NCBI GenBank assembly: GCA_003151975.1
Contig: PLZD01000067.1
Location: forward strand, 1,143-65,142
Source: Elusimicrobiota bacterium
Lineage (GTDB): Bacteria > Elusimicrobiota > Elusimicrobia > UBA1565 > UBA9628
Reading direction: 5' to 3'
Length of the DNA: 64,000 nt
Shown here: piece after piece, positions 47,402 to 58,300 of the stretch
Position numbering within the stretch: the first letter of the stretch is position 1
Layout: the number at the start of each line of letters is the position of its first letter
Notes under the pieces: generated by a model
Database searches by the model: none
Told to the model about the DNA's origin: nothing
What the model saw: only the letters and a program-made list of their open reading frames with translations
Translations under genes and position numbers: made by a program

Positions 47402-48189
47402 TTTATCTCCCCCGAGAACACGAGTTGCGCGGGGCCTTCGAGCCAGAGGTCGTGGAATTTGTCGCCGCGCCGGCTGAAATAGACTTTCAACGTCTGTCCC
47501 GATTTGACCGTCACGCGGACGGGGGACTCGGCCTTGCCCAGCGCGCAGGCCGCGATCGCCGACGCCGTTACGCCCGTGCCGCAGGCCAAGGTCTCGTCCT
47601 CGACGCCGCGCTCGTAAGTCCGAACGCGCAGGGCCGATTTTCCGAACTCGACGAAATCGGCGTTGGCGCCGGCCTTGCCGAAGGCTTTGTGGAAACGGAT
47701 CGCGCGGCCGATTTCGACGACGGGAAAGCGATCGAGGTTCGAGACTTCGATGACCGCGTGCGGCACGCCGGTGTCGAGCCACTGGGCGGTGAAGCCACGC
47801 CCCAAAGTCCTAATCTTCATGTTCATCTGAAGGACTTTGGGACGTGGCATACGAATTGCAAGTCGGCTGGGGCCACGGACCTCGGCTTGGAGTTCTCCTT
47901 CGATCGTGGAAAACGAGAACGAGCGCCGTCCTTTGGTCCAGCCGCGCTGGAACATCCACCAGGCCGCGCAGCGCGAGCCGTTTCCGCAGAAAGCCGCCGA
48001 GCCGTCGGCATTGTAATATGAAAGAGAGAGCCGCGGCCGTCTCGACACGACGAGAAGCCCGTCGGCGCCCACGCCCGCGCGGCGGTCGCAGAGGCGCCGG
48101 GCCAGCGCCGCGTATGACGGCGCGCCTTTTCTCTCCAGGAGCACGAAGTCGTTGCCGGCGCCCGAGAGTTTGTCGAAAGACACCTTCAT
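47398..48189 (-). CDS. dapF: diaminopimelate epimerase
   Basis: 263 aa; two catalytic Cys (FCGNGSRC, LACGTGV); ATGA overlap with dapA. Confidence 0.9.
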   Translation of the reverse strand: MKVSFDKLSGAGNDFVLLERKGAPSYAALARRLCDRRAGVGADGLLVVSRRPRLSLSYYNADGSAAFCGNGSRCAAWWMFQRGWTKGRRSFSFSTIEGELQAEVRGPSRLAIRMPRPKVLQMNMKIRTLGRGFTAQWLDTGVPHAVIEVSNLDRFPVVEIGRAIRFHKAFGKAGANADFVEFGKSALRVRTYERGVEDETLACGTGVTASAIAACALGKAESPVRVTVKSGQTLKVYFSRRGDKFHDLWLEGPAQLVFSGEIK

Positions 48190-49139
48190 AGGCCGCCGGA
48201 CGTGCCTTGAAGCTCGACGAGAAGGGCTGCCGCGGCCTTCGCGATGAACGGCGCGCGGCGCGCGGCGCCGGCCGCGCCGCGCAGGCTGCGCACCGCGTCG
48301 GCCATGCGACCTTCGCTTAAGCTTTCACGCGCGGAGATCCAGAGCGCCAGCGGGTCGGACGGATCGGCCTTGAGGCGAGCGGCCGCCAGATCACGGGCCT
48401 GATGGGGGCGGCCGGCCTCGAGCAGCCAGAGTCCCATCGTCAGCGCGATGTCGTCGCGTCCCGGTTGGGCCTTGCGCGCCAGCTCTAGCGTATCGATGGC
48501 GTCGTCAAGACGGCCTTGGGCCCGCTCGATGAAGGCAAGATCAATGGTCGCCTCGTTGTCAGCGGAGAGCGAGAGAGATTTTTGGATGGCGAGTTCCGCG
48601 GTTTTTGTGTCGCGCATCGCAAGCAGCACCTCGGCGTAGTCGCGCCAGACCGGAGCCTGTTCGGCGTTGATCTCGAGCGTGCGTTCGTAGTGGTCGGAGC
48701 TTTCGTCGAGCAAGCCCAGTTGGCGCTCGATCTCGGCAAGACCGAGGTGCGCGCGCTCGTTGTTGGGGTGGATGGACAACACTTTCTCGAAGATTGGCTG
48801 GGCCTGCTCGTTGAGCCCGACCTGATGCAGTATGCCCCCGAGCTCGCTGAGCAAGTTGATGTTCTTTGGAAACAGCTTGGTGGCGATTTGATACGTGGAG
48901 AGCGCCTCCGTTAGCCTTCCCATGCGCTCGTAGCTGAGACCGAGATAGAAATAGGCCTGCTGCAGTCTGTCGCGGTTGAGCTTCTGCAGGGACTCGGGAG
49001 AGAGAGCGGCGACCACCTCGTTGTACTTGCCGGCCGCGTAAAGGCTCTTGGTCTTTGGTGTGGGATCGGCGCCTTCCCAAAACCAGCCCCGGGCGGGAAG
49101 TGATGCCAGCAGCAGGGCCGTCGCCAGCAGCGGCCTCAC
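48186..49139 (-). CDS. TPR-repeat secreted/lipoprotein
   Basis: 317 aa; signal peptide; multiple TPR motifs. Confidence 0.7.
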   Translation of the reverse strand: MRPLLATALLLASLPARGWFWEGADPTPKTKSLYAAGKYNEVVAALSPESLQKLNRDRLQQAYFYLGLSYERMGRLTEALSTYQIATKLFPKNINLLSELGGILHQVGLNEQAQPIFEKVLSIHPNNERAHLGLAEIERQLGLLDESSDHYERTLEINAEQAPVWRDYAEVLLAMRDTKTAELAIQKSLSLSADNEATIDLAFIERAQGRLDDAIDTLELARKAQPGRDDIALTMGLWLLEAGRPHQARDLAAARLKADPSDPLALWISARESLSEGRMADAVRSLRGAAGAARRAPFIAKAAAALLVELQGTSGGL

Positions 49140-50101
49140 GGATTTTTGCTCCCGCGCGGCAAATAGTCCTTCAGCAGGCTGCCCATCGAGAAGATGATCA
49201 AGCTTTCCTCGGCCTTGGAGATGAGCTTGTTGGCGGCCATCGCGCCCTTCGTGATTGCTTCCGCGGTCCGGTCGGTCTCGTACATGCCGATGTAGCCGAC
49301 CGGCGGCTCGATGAGGAAATCGGCCTGCTGCCTTTGCTCGCGAGAGAGCAGCGAGCCGCGGATGTCGACGACCTGCTCGAGGCTTTGGAAGACGTTCTTG
49401 GGTTTACTGCGCGTGTAGTCGGATTCCGTCACGCTGGCCAAGACCCAGTCGGCGCCCAAAAGCCGCGCCGCGTCGATCGGAATGTAGTCGACGACGCCCC
49501 CATCGACGAGATAGCGGTGGCGGTATTCGACGGGCTCGAAGATGCCGGGGAGGTTCATGCTGGCGCGCACGGCCAAGGCGAGGTCGCCCTCGCGGAATAT
49601 GAGCGCCTCGCCGGAGTAGAGGTCGGCGGCGACGCAGGCGAAGGGCTTCTTTAGGTCCTCGAAGCGCATGCCGCCCAGGTGCGCGTGAATGAAGCCCTCG
49701 GTGGCGGCCGACGAGAGCAGTTTGTCGGCCAGGACGTAGCGGATCAGGGTGAACGCGTTGAGGTTGCTGCCGGAGCTGATGCGCAGGTGCAGGGCGATGT
49801 CGCGCAGCTTCTTGATGGGCGTGCCGCCCGCGTAGAGGGCGCCCATGATGGCGCCCATCGAGGTGCCCGCGACGACGTCGACTGGAAATCCCGCGTTCTC
49901 GAGCACGGAGGCGACTCCGACGTGCGCGGTCGCGCGCAGAGAGCCCGCCGAGAAGACCAAGCCCACCTTGGGGCGCTGAGTCGCGGGTTTGGCTGTGAGT
50001 TCACGCCAGAGATGATCGCGCAGGACGGCGTCCTCGGAGAGGTCGGCGGCGGCGGCGGGGATGGCCACCGCCAGCGCGAGCAGGGCGGCGAGAATCTTCA
50101 T
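49136..50101 (-). CDS. secreted patatin-like phospholipase
   Basis: 321 aa; signal peptide; GTSMG (GxSxG), DGGVVDYIP (DGG). Confidence 0.85.
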   Translation of the reverse strand: MKILAALLALAVAIPAAAADLSEDAVLRDHLWRELTAKPATQRPKVGLVFSAGSLRATAHVGVASVLENAGFPVDVVAGTSMGAIMGALYAGGTPIKKLRDIALHLRISSGSNLNAFTLIRYVLADKLLSSAATEGFIHAHLGGMRFEDLKKPFACVAADLYSGEALIFREGDLALAVRASMNLPGIFEPVEYRHRYLVDGGVVDYIPIDAARLLGADWVLASVTESDYTRSKPKNVFQSLEQVVDIRGSLLSREQRQQADFLIEPPVGYIGMYETDRTAEAITKGAMAANKLISKAEESLIIFSMGSLLKDYLPRGSKNP

Positions 50102-50107
50102 AGGCTG

Positions 50108-51403
50108 CTAGGGGGCGATGTCGCGGCCCACTGCGCGCTCGAGGCGCGCGCGGGCGATGATGTGCTCGGTGACCGCGGTCAGATAGGAAAGCTGGAGGTC
50201 GAGCAGGCCTTCCATGGCGCGCATGCGCGAAAGGGCGGCTGCGGTCTGCCTTGCGGCCGCGTCGTACATGTCGCGGACGCGGCGGTAATGGGTTTCACGG
50301 ATGGGCCATTCCTTTTGCCAGTAGCGCAGGTTCTCGTTGGCTTGGCGCACCTCGAGGCGCACGCGGTCCTGCAGCTCGGCGCGCTTGAGCTGGCCTTGGC
50401 GCTGCTCAGCCTTCTTCTCGCGCAGCTGGCTCCAAAAGTCGTAGGCGAAGGGGATCTTGACGCCGATGGAGGCGTCCCAGTTGTTCTCGCGGACGGGAAA
50501 GCGCTGGCCTGTGAGCTCGTAATCGCTGGCGACGAAGACCCGAGGGCTGCGGCGAGAGGTGGCCAGGTTGACGGTGATCGCGTCCATCTCGGCTTTGTAG
50601 GTCTCGCTTTGCAGCTCGGGACGCAGCTCGACGGCCCAGAGCACCGCTTTCTCGATGTCGATGTCGACGGGACGGGTCTCCAGGTCGCCGGAGACTTGGA
50701 AGGGCGTATCGAGTTCCAGATTGATGTTCTTGAGAAAGTTGAGGCGCGCCAGATCGAGGTTGTGCGCTGACTCGGAGTCCTTGGCCCGCGCGGCGCCCAG
50801 AAGGGCCTCGGCTTCGATGCGCTCCCACGCGTCAAGCCTCCCACCGTCGACCACGCGCTCGACGGCTTTGAGAAATTCCGCCGTTGCGGCCACGCGCTCT
50901 TGGGCCAAGATCAGGCGGAAGAAGACCTCCTTGACGGAAAGCTGCAGGTCCATGTGCACCGATTCGTGGTTGGACAGCGCCTGCTTCTGCGCGGCCTCGG
51001 CCAGGCGCAGGGTGTTGAGCGTCTTGCCGCCCTCGTAGAGGGACATGTTCATATAGCCGCGGCCCGAGTAGAAGGCATCCGTGTTGCCCAGCCCGTCGGA
51101 GAACGGGCCCTGGTTGGGAAACAGCAGGATGTTGCCGAGATCAGACGAGGTGCTCATAGGATAGCGCGCCTCGTACTTGGTCGCGGACGCCTGCAGGCCG
51201 AACTCGGGCAGGAACAGAAAGCGCGCCTCGTTGACCCGCTCTTGGGCGATGATGACGTCCTGCTCGGCCGAGAGCAGGCGCGCGTCGTTGAGCAGGGCCA
51301 GGCGCGTGGCGTCCTCGAGCGTGAAGGTCTTTAGAATCGGGGAGGGAGCGGCATGCGCTGAAGCCGCCAGGCCTGCCGCGAGCAGAACGAGCGCCTTGAT
51401 CAT
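50108..51403 (-). CDS. TolC-like outer membrane efflux protein
   Basis: 431 aa; signal peptide; two-repeat OEP architecture. Confidence 0.8.
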   Translation of the reverse strand: MIKALVLLAAGLAASAHAAPSPILKTFTLEDATRLALLNDARLLSAEQDVIIAQERVNEARFLFLPEFGLQASATKYEARYPMSTSSDLGNILLFPNQGPFSDGLGNTDAFYSGRGYMNMSLYEGGKTLNTLRLAEAAQKQALSNHESVHMDLQLSVKEVFFRLILAQERVAATAEFLKAVERVVDGGRLDAWERIEAEALLGAARAKDSESAHNLDLARLNFLKNINLELDTPFQVSGDLETRPVDIDIEKAVLWAVELRPELQSETYKAEMDAITVNLATSRRSPRVFVASDYELTGQRFPVRENNWDASIGVKIPFAYDFWSQLREKKAEQRQGQLKRAELQDRVRLEVRQANENLRYWQKEWPIRETHYRRVRDMYDAAARQTAAALSRMRAMEGLLDLQLSYLTAVTEHIIARARLERAVGRDIAP

Positions 51404-51960
51404 ACCTTGAACGATTGGGTCAGGTGGTCGAGCTCCATCTTGAGGGAGCGCAGCTCCTCGAGCAAGGCGGGCGAGGAGTCGGGGACGCGCTTGATCGCGG
51501 CCGTTAGACGCTCGGCCAGGTGCGCGGCCAAGTTGCGGTCTTTCTGGACGAGTCCTTGGAGGCTTGCGACCATGCCGTTGAACTCTTCTTGGAGCTCGAG
51601 GAGCTCATCGCCGGTGCGCAGCGAGACCCTATGCGTGAGGTCGCCCGAGGACACGATCTGCGCGGATTTTTCGAAGCGATAGATGGGGCCCGCGAACCGG
51701 TGCGAGACGTAGAGCGAGATCATCAGCATGAGGCCGAGGTAGAGCACGAGCTTGACCATGATGATCCAGTTGAACTGGGCCACCGAGCTCGTCAGCGAAG
51801 GGTTCTCGGTCAGGACCATCTTCGCCATCGTGTAGTAGATGTCTCCGCCCACGATCAGCGAGGCCAGAAGCACGCTCACGAAAACCATCCCGATGTACTT
51901 GAGCTGAAGAGCCCGTTTGATCAGGACGGTCCGGCGCTGGAACTTCTGGGTGTCTGCCAT
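51400..51960 (-). CDS. membrane protein with two TM segments and a HAMP domain
   Basis: 186 aa; HAMP-like AGPIYRFEKSAQIVSSGDLTHRV...ELQEEFNGMVASL. Confidence 0.65.
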   Translation of the reverse strand: MADTQKFQRRTVLIKRALQLKYIGMVFVSVLLASLIVGGDIYYTMAKMVLTENPSLTSSVAQFNWIIMVKLVLYLGLMLMISLYVSHRFAGPIYRFEKSAQIVSSGDLTHRVSLRTGDELLELQEEFNGMVASLQGLVQKDRNLAAHLAERLTAAIKRVPDSSPALLEELRSLKMELDHLTQSFKV

Positions 51961-51966
51961 CGTCTC

Positions 51967-53025
51967 CTAGACTTTCGCCGTCGCCTTCGCCTTGACCGCC
52001 GTGGAGGTTAGAGTGTCCGCCAGCGCGAGCCAGTCCTTGGTCACGGTCTTGAGTTTGGCCGTGGCCTCCTCGAGGCTGACGCCGAGAACTTCCGTGCCGC
52101 GCTGGGCGACCATCTGGCCGAATTTGCCTTGGTCGACGAGCTCGGCGGCTTTGACGCCGACCCTGGTTCCTAGAATTCTATCGAACAAGGTTGGGGCCCC
52201 GCCGCGCTGCATGTGGCCGATGACGGCCGAGCGCGTCTCGAGGCCGGTCTGCTTCTCGATGAGCTCCTGGAGCTTTTCCGCCACGCCCCGCTTTTTTAGG
52301 ATCATGTGCCCGAATTCGTCTAACTCTTCCTTGCCGGAATCGCCCAGATCAATCGCCTCGGAAGCTACGACGAGCGCGACTTTCTTGCGCGCGTGGGCGG
52401 CCTTGAGCTTCTCAACCATGTCCTTGACGTCGACGGGACGCTCGGGCAGGCAAATGTAGTCGGCCCCGGCGCCGATGCCGGTAAACAACGACACCCAGCC
52501 CGCGTGGCGGCCCATGACTTCGAGAACCATGATCCGGCGATGGCTGCGGCCCGTATCGAGAAGACGATGGGCCGCATCGACCGCGAGAGTGACGGACGTG
52601 TCGAAGCCGAAGGTGTAGTCGGTCGCCGAGAGGTCGTTGTCCATCGTCTTCGGAACGCCGACGATGGGGCACTTGTGCTCCTTGAAGAGCTTGCTGGCCA
52701 CGCCGAGAGTGTCCTCGCCGCCCATCGCGATCAAGGCGTCAAGCTTGAGCTTCTTGAAGGTCTCGAGCGTCTTGGGCACGCCGCCCTCTTTCTTGTAGGG
52801 ATTGGTGCGCGAGGTGCCGAGCATGGTGCCGCCCGTGCCGATGATTTCTTCCACCATATCGCGTGTTAGAGACACCGCGTCGGCGTTGATCATGCCCTTC
52901 CAGCCTTCCTGGATGCCCAAGCACTCGTAGCCGAGTTCATGAGCCTTGATCACGGCGCCCCGGATCGCGGGGTTGAGTCCCGGGCAATCGCCGCCGCCCG
53001 TCAGAATTCCGATGCGCTTAGCCAT
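51967..53025 (-). CDS. 6-phosphofructokinase (PfkA family, possibly PPi-dependent)
   Basis: 352 aa; IGILTGGGDCPGLN, MGGEDTL, MGRHAG motifs. Confidence 0.88.
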   Translation of the reverse strand: MAKRIGILTGGGDCPGLNPAIRGAVIKAHELGYECLGIQEGWKGMINADAVSLTRDMVEEIIGTGGTMLGTSRTNPYKKEGGVPKTLETFKKLKLDALIAMGGEDTLGVASKLFKEHKCPIVGVPKTMDNDLSATDYTFGFDTSVTLAVDAAHRLLDTGRSHRRIMVLEVMGRHAGWVSLFTGIGAGADYICLPERPVDVKDMVEKLKAAHARKKVALVVASEAIDLGDSGKEELDEFGHMILKKRGVAEKLQELIEKQTGLETRSAVIGHMQRGGAPTLFDRILGTRVGVKAAELVDQGKFGQMVAQRGTEVLGVSLEEATAKLKTVTKDWLALADTLTSTAVKAKATAKV

Positions 53026-53029
53026 GGTC

Positions 53030-54115
53030 TTAATAGTCGCCTTTCACCGCTCCGGAAGTCCCCGCCTTCTCGCCTTTGCCGAGGTACCAGTCCTCCTTGA
53101 TCGGAGCGAGCATGTCGGCGGGCGTGATGCCGTAGCGCGCGTTCCACGGCTGCGCTGCGGCGTCGATGATCTTGTTGAGCGTCTTCATGCGGTCGACGCC
53201 CGTCGTCGCGAGGAACTTGGCGCGCGCTGCGGCATCATTCTGCTCGAAGTATTCGTTGAAGATCGCGCGGCCGGCCATGTAGCCGGAGCAGCCCGCCTTC
53301 ATCGCCATCTCGACTTGCTTGGTGAAGAGGTCGAACTTCTCGCCCGCGGAGAGCAGGACCCAAGGGCGGATGGCCGCCTCGTTGAGCTTGCCGAGATTGT
53401 CGGCGATCTGCGCGTCCGAGTCGTCCTTCATGTTGGCGGGGAACTCGAGCTTCAGGATGTCGGTGAGCGGCCCGATGAGCTTGGTCGACTCCATGATGTT
53501 CTTGACCTTGCGGGATTTGTATGAGGGAGAATTCTTGTCCTCGCCCTTGCGCGGGAAGGAGAGCTCCTCGGTCATGAGCAGGATGTCGTTCTTGGAGCAG
53601 TCCTTGGAGACCAGCTCCACGAACTTCATCTGCTTCGTGGTGTACTCCTTGTCCTCGGTGTCCATGTAGACCAGCAGCTTGACGGCCGCAGCGCCCATGA
53701 GCTTGATCTTGTCGACGTTCCAGCCGGCTTCGTACTCGCCGGGGATGCCCGCGTCGCGCGAGGCCTCGGAGCGGACGATGAGTCCGACCGTCTTGGGGTT
53801 GGAGAAGGTGGCTCCGGCCTGCCGCGCGCCGTAGATGACGTCGAGCAGCAGCGCCGAGGAGTGGGGCGAGAGGGCCTTGACCATCTCGAGCTTGACGCCC
53901 AAGATCTCGTCGAAGGTCGGCTCGGCCGGCTTGCCCGCCTTTTCGTGCATGGCGCGCAGGGCCTTCTTGAAGGAATTGCTTTGGTCCATGGCGAGGACCC
54001 GGAAGCGGTTGTTGTCGTCGGTGATCTGGCGCAAGCCCTGGAGCTTGCCCGAGGTCAGATGGGTGAAATGATCCTTGAGTCCTGCGTTCGGCTTGGCGGC
54101 GGTGGCGTTGGCCAT
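53030..54115 (-). CDS. class I tagatose/fructose-1,6-bisphosphate aldolase, LacD family
   Basis: 361 aa; blocks matching LacD (LAMDQSNSFKKAL, VKLLVYMD, LKLEFPANMK, LLSAGEKF...MAGRAIF). Confidence 0.7.
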   Translation of the reverse strand: MANATAAKPNAGLKDHFTHLTSGKLQGLRQITDDNNRFRVLAMDQSNSFKKALRAMHEKAGKPAEPTFDEILGVKLEMVKALSPHSSALLLDVIYGARQAGATFSNPKTVGLIVRSEASRDAGIPGEYEAGWNVDKIKLMGAAAVKLLVYMDTEDKEYTTKQMKFVELVSKDCSKNDILLMTEELSFPRKGEDKNSPSYKSRKVKNIMESTKLIGPLTDILKLEFPANMKDDSDAQIADNLGKLNEAAIRPWVLLSAGEKFDLFTKQVEMAMKAGCSGYMAGRAIFNEYFEQNDAAARAKFLATTGVDRMKTLNKIIDAAAQPWNARYGITPADMLAPIKEDWYLGKGEKAGTSGAVKGDY

Positions 54116-54145
54116 ATGAGTTCTCCTATGAGTGCGTCTACGACC

Positions 54146-54979
54146 TTAGAAATTGGCGCTGTATCTGAGCTGAATGATCCTTTCCGGGCCGCGCGAGTCG
54201 CCGTTGGCGTAGTAGCCGCCCTGGCCGATGGCCCGGATGTCGAAGTCAGCCGCGAAATGCGAGGTGATGAAGACCCGGAAACCCGCGTTGATGCGGCTGT
54301 CGAAAAAGTTCTGGATGTTGTCCCACTCCATCATCAGGAGCACCTTGTCCTTGATGTTGTAGCTGAACGGGATCGAGGCGAAGATCGCGTTGCTGTCGAA
54401 GTCCGAGATGTTCAAGCTCGGATGCGCCTGGAGGCCGGGGACCCCAAGCTCCTGGGTCGCGCCGACGAAGAAGCCGCGCTGTCGGTTGTTGTAGCGCCGG
54501 GCGACGCTGTCGTAGTCGTTGCCCTGGCCGTCGTAGCCCACGGCAAGCGACGGCAGCCAATGGTCGCCGTCGTAGAAGCGCCACTTGACCTGGGCATTGG
54601 GGGCGCGCACCCGCACGCCGTGATCGCTGCCGATGAGGCTGTCGACGGCCATCGAGCCGCCGATGTTGACGCCTTGATAGACGCCAAAGGAGACGTATTG
54701 GAGGAGGCCGCCGCGCGAGTAGAAGCGCGTGCGCGACGAGTAGCCGCCGTAGTCCAGGACCGCCGAGGTGGGCGCGTCGATGAGATCGGCGTCGGGCGCC
54801 AGCAGGCCGCCGCCCTCGATAGGGCCGTCGGACGACGACTTCTTGGGCTTGATCTTGACCATGGAGCCGCCGCCGGATGAGGGCGGATCGGCGGCGAAGG
54901 CGGGCAGGCTGAGGAAAGCGGCGAGGAGCAGGAGCAGGGCCCGGCGATAGGTCATGGACATGATTTTATGGTTTCTCAC
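54146..54979 (-). CDS. hypothetical outer-membrane beta-barrel protein
   Basis: Signal peptide; alternating amphipathic strands; C-terminal ...LRYSANF aromatic terminus. Confidence 0.6.
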   Translation of the reverse strand: MRNHKIMSMTYRRALLLLLAAFLSLPAFAADPPSSGGGSMVKIKPKKSSSDGPIEGGGLLAPDADLIDAPTSAVLDYGGYSSRTRFYSRGGLLQYVSFGVYQGVNIGGSMAVDSLIGSDHGVRVRAPNAQVKWRFYDGDHWLPSLAVGYDGQGNDYDSVARRYNNRQRGFFVGATQELGVPGLQAHPSLNISDFDSNAIFASIPFSYNIKDKVLLMMEWDNIQNFFDSRINAGFRVFITSHFAADFDIRAIGQGGYYANGDSRGPERIIQLRYSANF

Positions 54980-55356
54980 TTTGTCTTGGCAAGGATCTCC
55001 GCGAGCTTGGCGTGGAGTGCTGCCATCTCGAAGGGCTTTTGCACGACTTCTTCGGCGCCGCTCATGAGCGCCACGCCCTTCTCGCGCGTGGTGTCGCGGC
55101 TGGTCATGATGACGATCCGAGGCGCCTTGGCGCCGAGCTTGTTGGTTAGTTCGTAGGCCACGTGGTAGCCGTCGATGTAGGGCATCATGACGTCGAGCAG
55201 GACGAGGTCGAGCTTTTCGGCGAGGCCAATCTGCAGCGCGTCCTTGCCGTTGGCCGCCCCGAAGACCTCGTAGCCTTGGTAGGACAGGTCCATCTTGAGC
55301 AGATCCAAGAGGTCTGGGTCGTCATCGGCCACTAGGATGCGCTTTCGATCCGCCAT
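54976..55356 (-). CDS. single-domain CheY-like response regulator
   Basis: Start MADRKRILVADDD; D-D-D-T-K receiver residues; the upstream 40 aa of the track ORF is rejected; overlaps the dnaE 3-prime end by 25 nt. Confidence 0.8.
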   Translation of the reverse strand: MADRKRILVADDDPDLLDLLKMDLSYQGYEVFGAANGKDALQIGLAEKLDLVLLDVMMPYIDGYHVAYELTNKLGAKAPRIVIMTSRDTTREKGVALMSGAEEVVQKPFEMAALHAKLAEILAKTK

Positions 55357-58300
55357 GATTTCTCCCCTAAAATTGTCTCGATGGATTCTAGCAGATTTTG
55401 ATCTAAACGGACCTTCTGGTCCGTGTCGAGGACGGCGTCGCCCTCGGGCGTGGCCAGCTCGATGCTGACCGGGCAATTGCCCGGATGCGAGGCGAACGCC
55501 ATGCGCAGGCGCTCGAGGGCGGCATCCTCCAAGCCGCCGGGCGCTTTGAGCCTGAGCTTGCGGCCGTAGCGCAGGACCGCCATGTCGACGGGCATGATCT
55601 CCTCGACGATCATCTCGGCGGGGCTCTCGGGACCTTCTCCGCGGAACGAGAGTCTGCCGCTGACACAGACGATCGAGCCGACTTTGAGCTGTTTGTCCAA
55701 GCCCGAGGCATATGCCTTAGGGAAAATGAGCAGGTCGATCTCGCCCGAGAGGTCTTCGAGGCGCGCCTTGGCCATTTGCTCGCCCTTGCTCTTGGTGACC
55801 ATGCGCTTGACCTGCACCATGAGGCCCGCTAAACGCACCTTCTGGTTCGTGTCGAGCTTGGCGGGGGATAATGCGGCGATCTCGCTGGTGGCGGCGGCCT
55901 TGAGCTTTTCCTTGACGCCAAGGAGGGGATGCCCCGAGAAATAAAAACCGAGGACCTCTTTTTCGAAATTAAGGACATCGTGCTCGGAAAGCGGGGCGAC
56001 CCCGTCGTCGGAAGACGAGGAGGACTGCGACGGGGCGGCAGATGGCGTCTCGAACAAGAGCTCCTGCCCGTGTTGTTTGTCTTCGCGAATGGCCGCTTGG
56101 CGGTCAACGGCGTCCTCCATGCGGGCCAGGAGTTTCGCGCGGATGTGCGCCGGAGTCAGCCCGGAGGCGAGGCTGTCCATGGCGCCCGCCTTGACCAGCG
56201 ATTCGAGGACTTTCTTGTTGGCCGCGTGCAAATCGATGCGCGCGCAGAAATCCTCGAGATCCTTGAAGGGTCCGTCCGCGCGGGCCTTGATCAAAAAATC
56301 GATCGCGCCCGCGCCGACGTTCTTGATCGCCACGAGGCCAAAGCGAATCGAGTTGGGGTCTTCTATTGTAAAACGAGCTCCAGAAGTCTGCACGTCGGGC
56401 GGGAGAATCGTGATGCCCATTGCCTTGGCTTCCTCGAGATAGGTGACGAGCTTGTTCTCTTTGTCCTCGTTGCCGATGGAGGAGTGCCCGATCTCGGAGG
56501 TGGCGACAGCCGCCATGAACTCGAGCGGGTAGTTGGCCTTGAGCCAGGCGGTCTGGTATGCGACGAGGCCGTAAGCGGCTGAATGGGATTTATTAAAACC
56601 GTAGCCGCCGAACTGCACGAGCTGGTCGTAGACTTTATTTGCAAGTTTCCCCGAAATCTTGTGCTTGGCCGCGCCGCTCACGAAGGTGTCGCGCATCTTC
56701 TCGAGTTCTTCGGGGATCTTTTTTCCCATCGCCTTGCGCAAGCCGTCGGCTTGTCCGGGCGTGAAATCCGCGAGCTTCTTGCTGATCTCCATGACCTGCT
56801 CTTGGAACACGATGCAGCCGTAGGTATCCTTGAGTATGGGCTCTAAGAGCTCATGGTCGTAGGCGATCTTCTTCTTGCCGTGCTTGCGCTCGACGAACAT
56901 GTCGAGCATGCCCGACTGCATCGGGCCCGGCCGATAAAGCGCGATGAGCGAGACGATGTCGTCGAAGTGCGAGGGCTTCAGGCGGAAGAGCAGGTCGCGC
57001 ATGCCGGAGGAATCCAGCTGGAAGACGGCCAGGGCCTTGCCGGAGCGCAGCAGCTCGAAAGTTTTTATATCGTCGAGCGGAAGCGCGTCGATGTCGAACT
57101 TCGGGTCGCGGCGCGCGTGAATGAATTTCACGGCATCGTCGATAATCGAGAGCGTGCGCAGGCCGAGGAAGTCGACCTTGAGCAGGCCGAGCTTCGGGCA
57201 AACGTCGCCGTCGTACTGCGTCGTCACGACGTCGGATTTGCTGCCCTTGGCCAGCGGGCTGTACTTGACGACCGGCTCCTTGGTGATCAAGGTGCCGGCG
57301 GCGTGCACGCCCGTGTGGCGCTTGAGGCCCTCGAGCTTGAGCGAGAGCTCCAAGAGGCGCTTGATCTGCGGGTCCTTGGCCGCTTCCATCATCTCGGGGC
57401 CCTTCATGGCCTCGTGCAAGGTCACGTTGGGTCCGCCCGGGATCATCTTGGCGATGCGGTCGGTCTCCGAGAGCGGCACGTTCATCACGCGGCCGACGTC
57501 GCGGACCACGAGCTTGGCGCCCAAAGAGCCGAAGGTGATGATCTGGGCCACGTTGGAAGCGCCGTACTTGTTGCGCACGTACTCGATGACGCGGTCGCGG
57601 CCGGTGTCGGCGAAGTCGATGTCCAAGTCCGGCATCGATTTGCGGTCGGGATTGAGGAAGCGCTCGAACAGCAGCCGATTGACGATGGGATCGATGTTGG
57701 TGATGCGCAGGGAATAAGCGACCAGGGCCCCTGCACCGGAACCTCTTCCAGGACCTACAGGGACGCCGATGCTGCGCGCGTGCTTGATGAAATCCCAGAC
57801 GATGAGAAAGTAGCCGGAGAAGCCCATTTTCCTGATAACGCCGAGTTCGTAGTTGAGCCGCTCGCGGTACGCGGGCGCAATTTCGCCCATGCGTTCCTTC
57901 AAGCCTTTGAGGCAGAGTTCCTCGAGATAGGTATCCTGGTTGAAGCCCTCGGGCACGGTGAATTCGGGCAGCAGCATCTGATCCATTGGGATTTGCAGGT
58001 GGCACATCTCCTGGATCTTGAGCGTGTTCGTCAGGGACTCGGGGCAGAACGAAAAAATCTTGTGCATCTCGTCGGCGCTTTTGACGTAGTAGTCTTTTCC
58101 CTCGAATTTGAGGCGCGTGTTGGCCGGGTCGTCGATCTTGCGGCCCGTCGCGATGCAGACGCGCGCGTCCTGGGCGTCGACGTCGTCGGGCTTGGCGTAG
58201 TGGCAATCGTTGGTGGCCACCAGCGGAATCTTGGTGCGCTCGTGCAGCTCGAGCAGGGCTTTGAGGACCTGCTTCTGCTTGTCGAGGCCGTGGTCCATGA

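Noticed and set aside
47402-47782. 127 aa Arg-rich N-terminal extension on the dapA track ORF
   Set aside because: It overlaps dapF in another frame. DapA homology begins at MKFQGSYTALVTPF (ATG 47401), which overlaps the dapF stop as ATGA.
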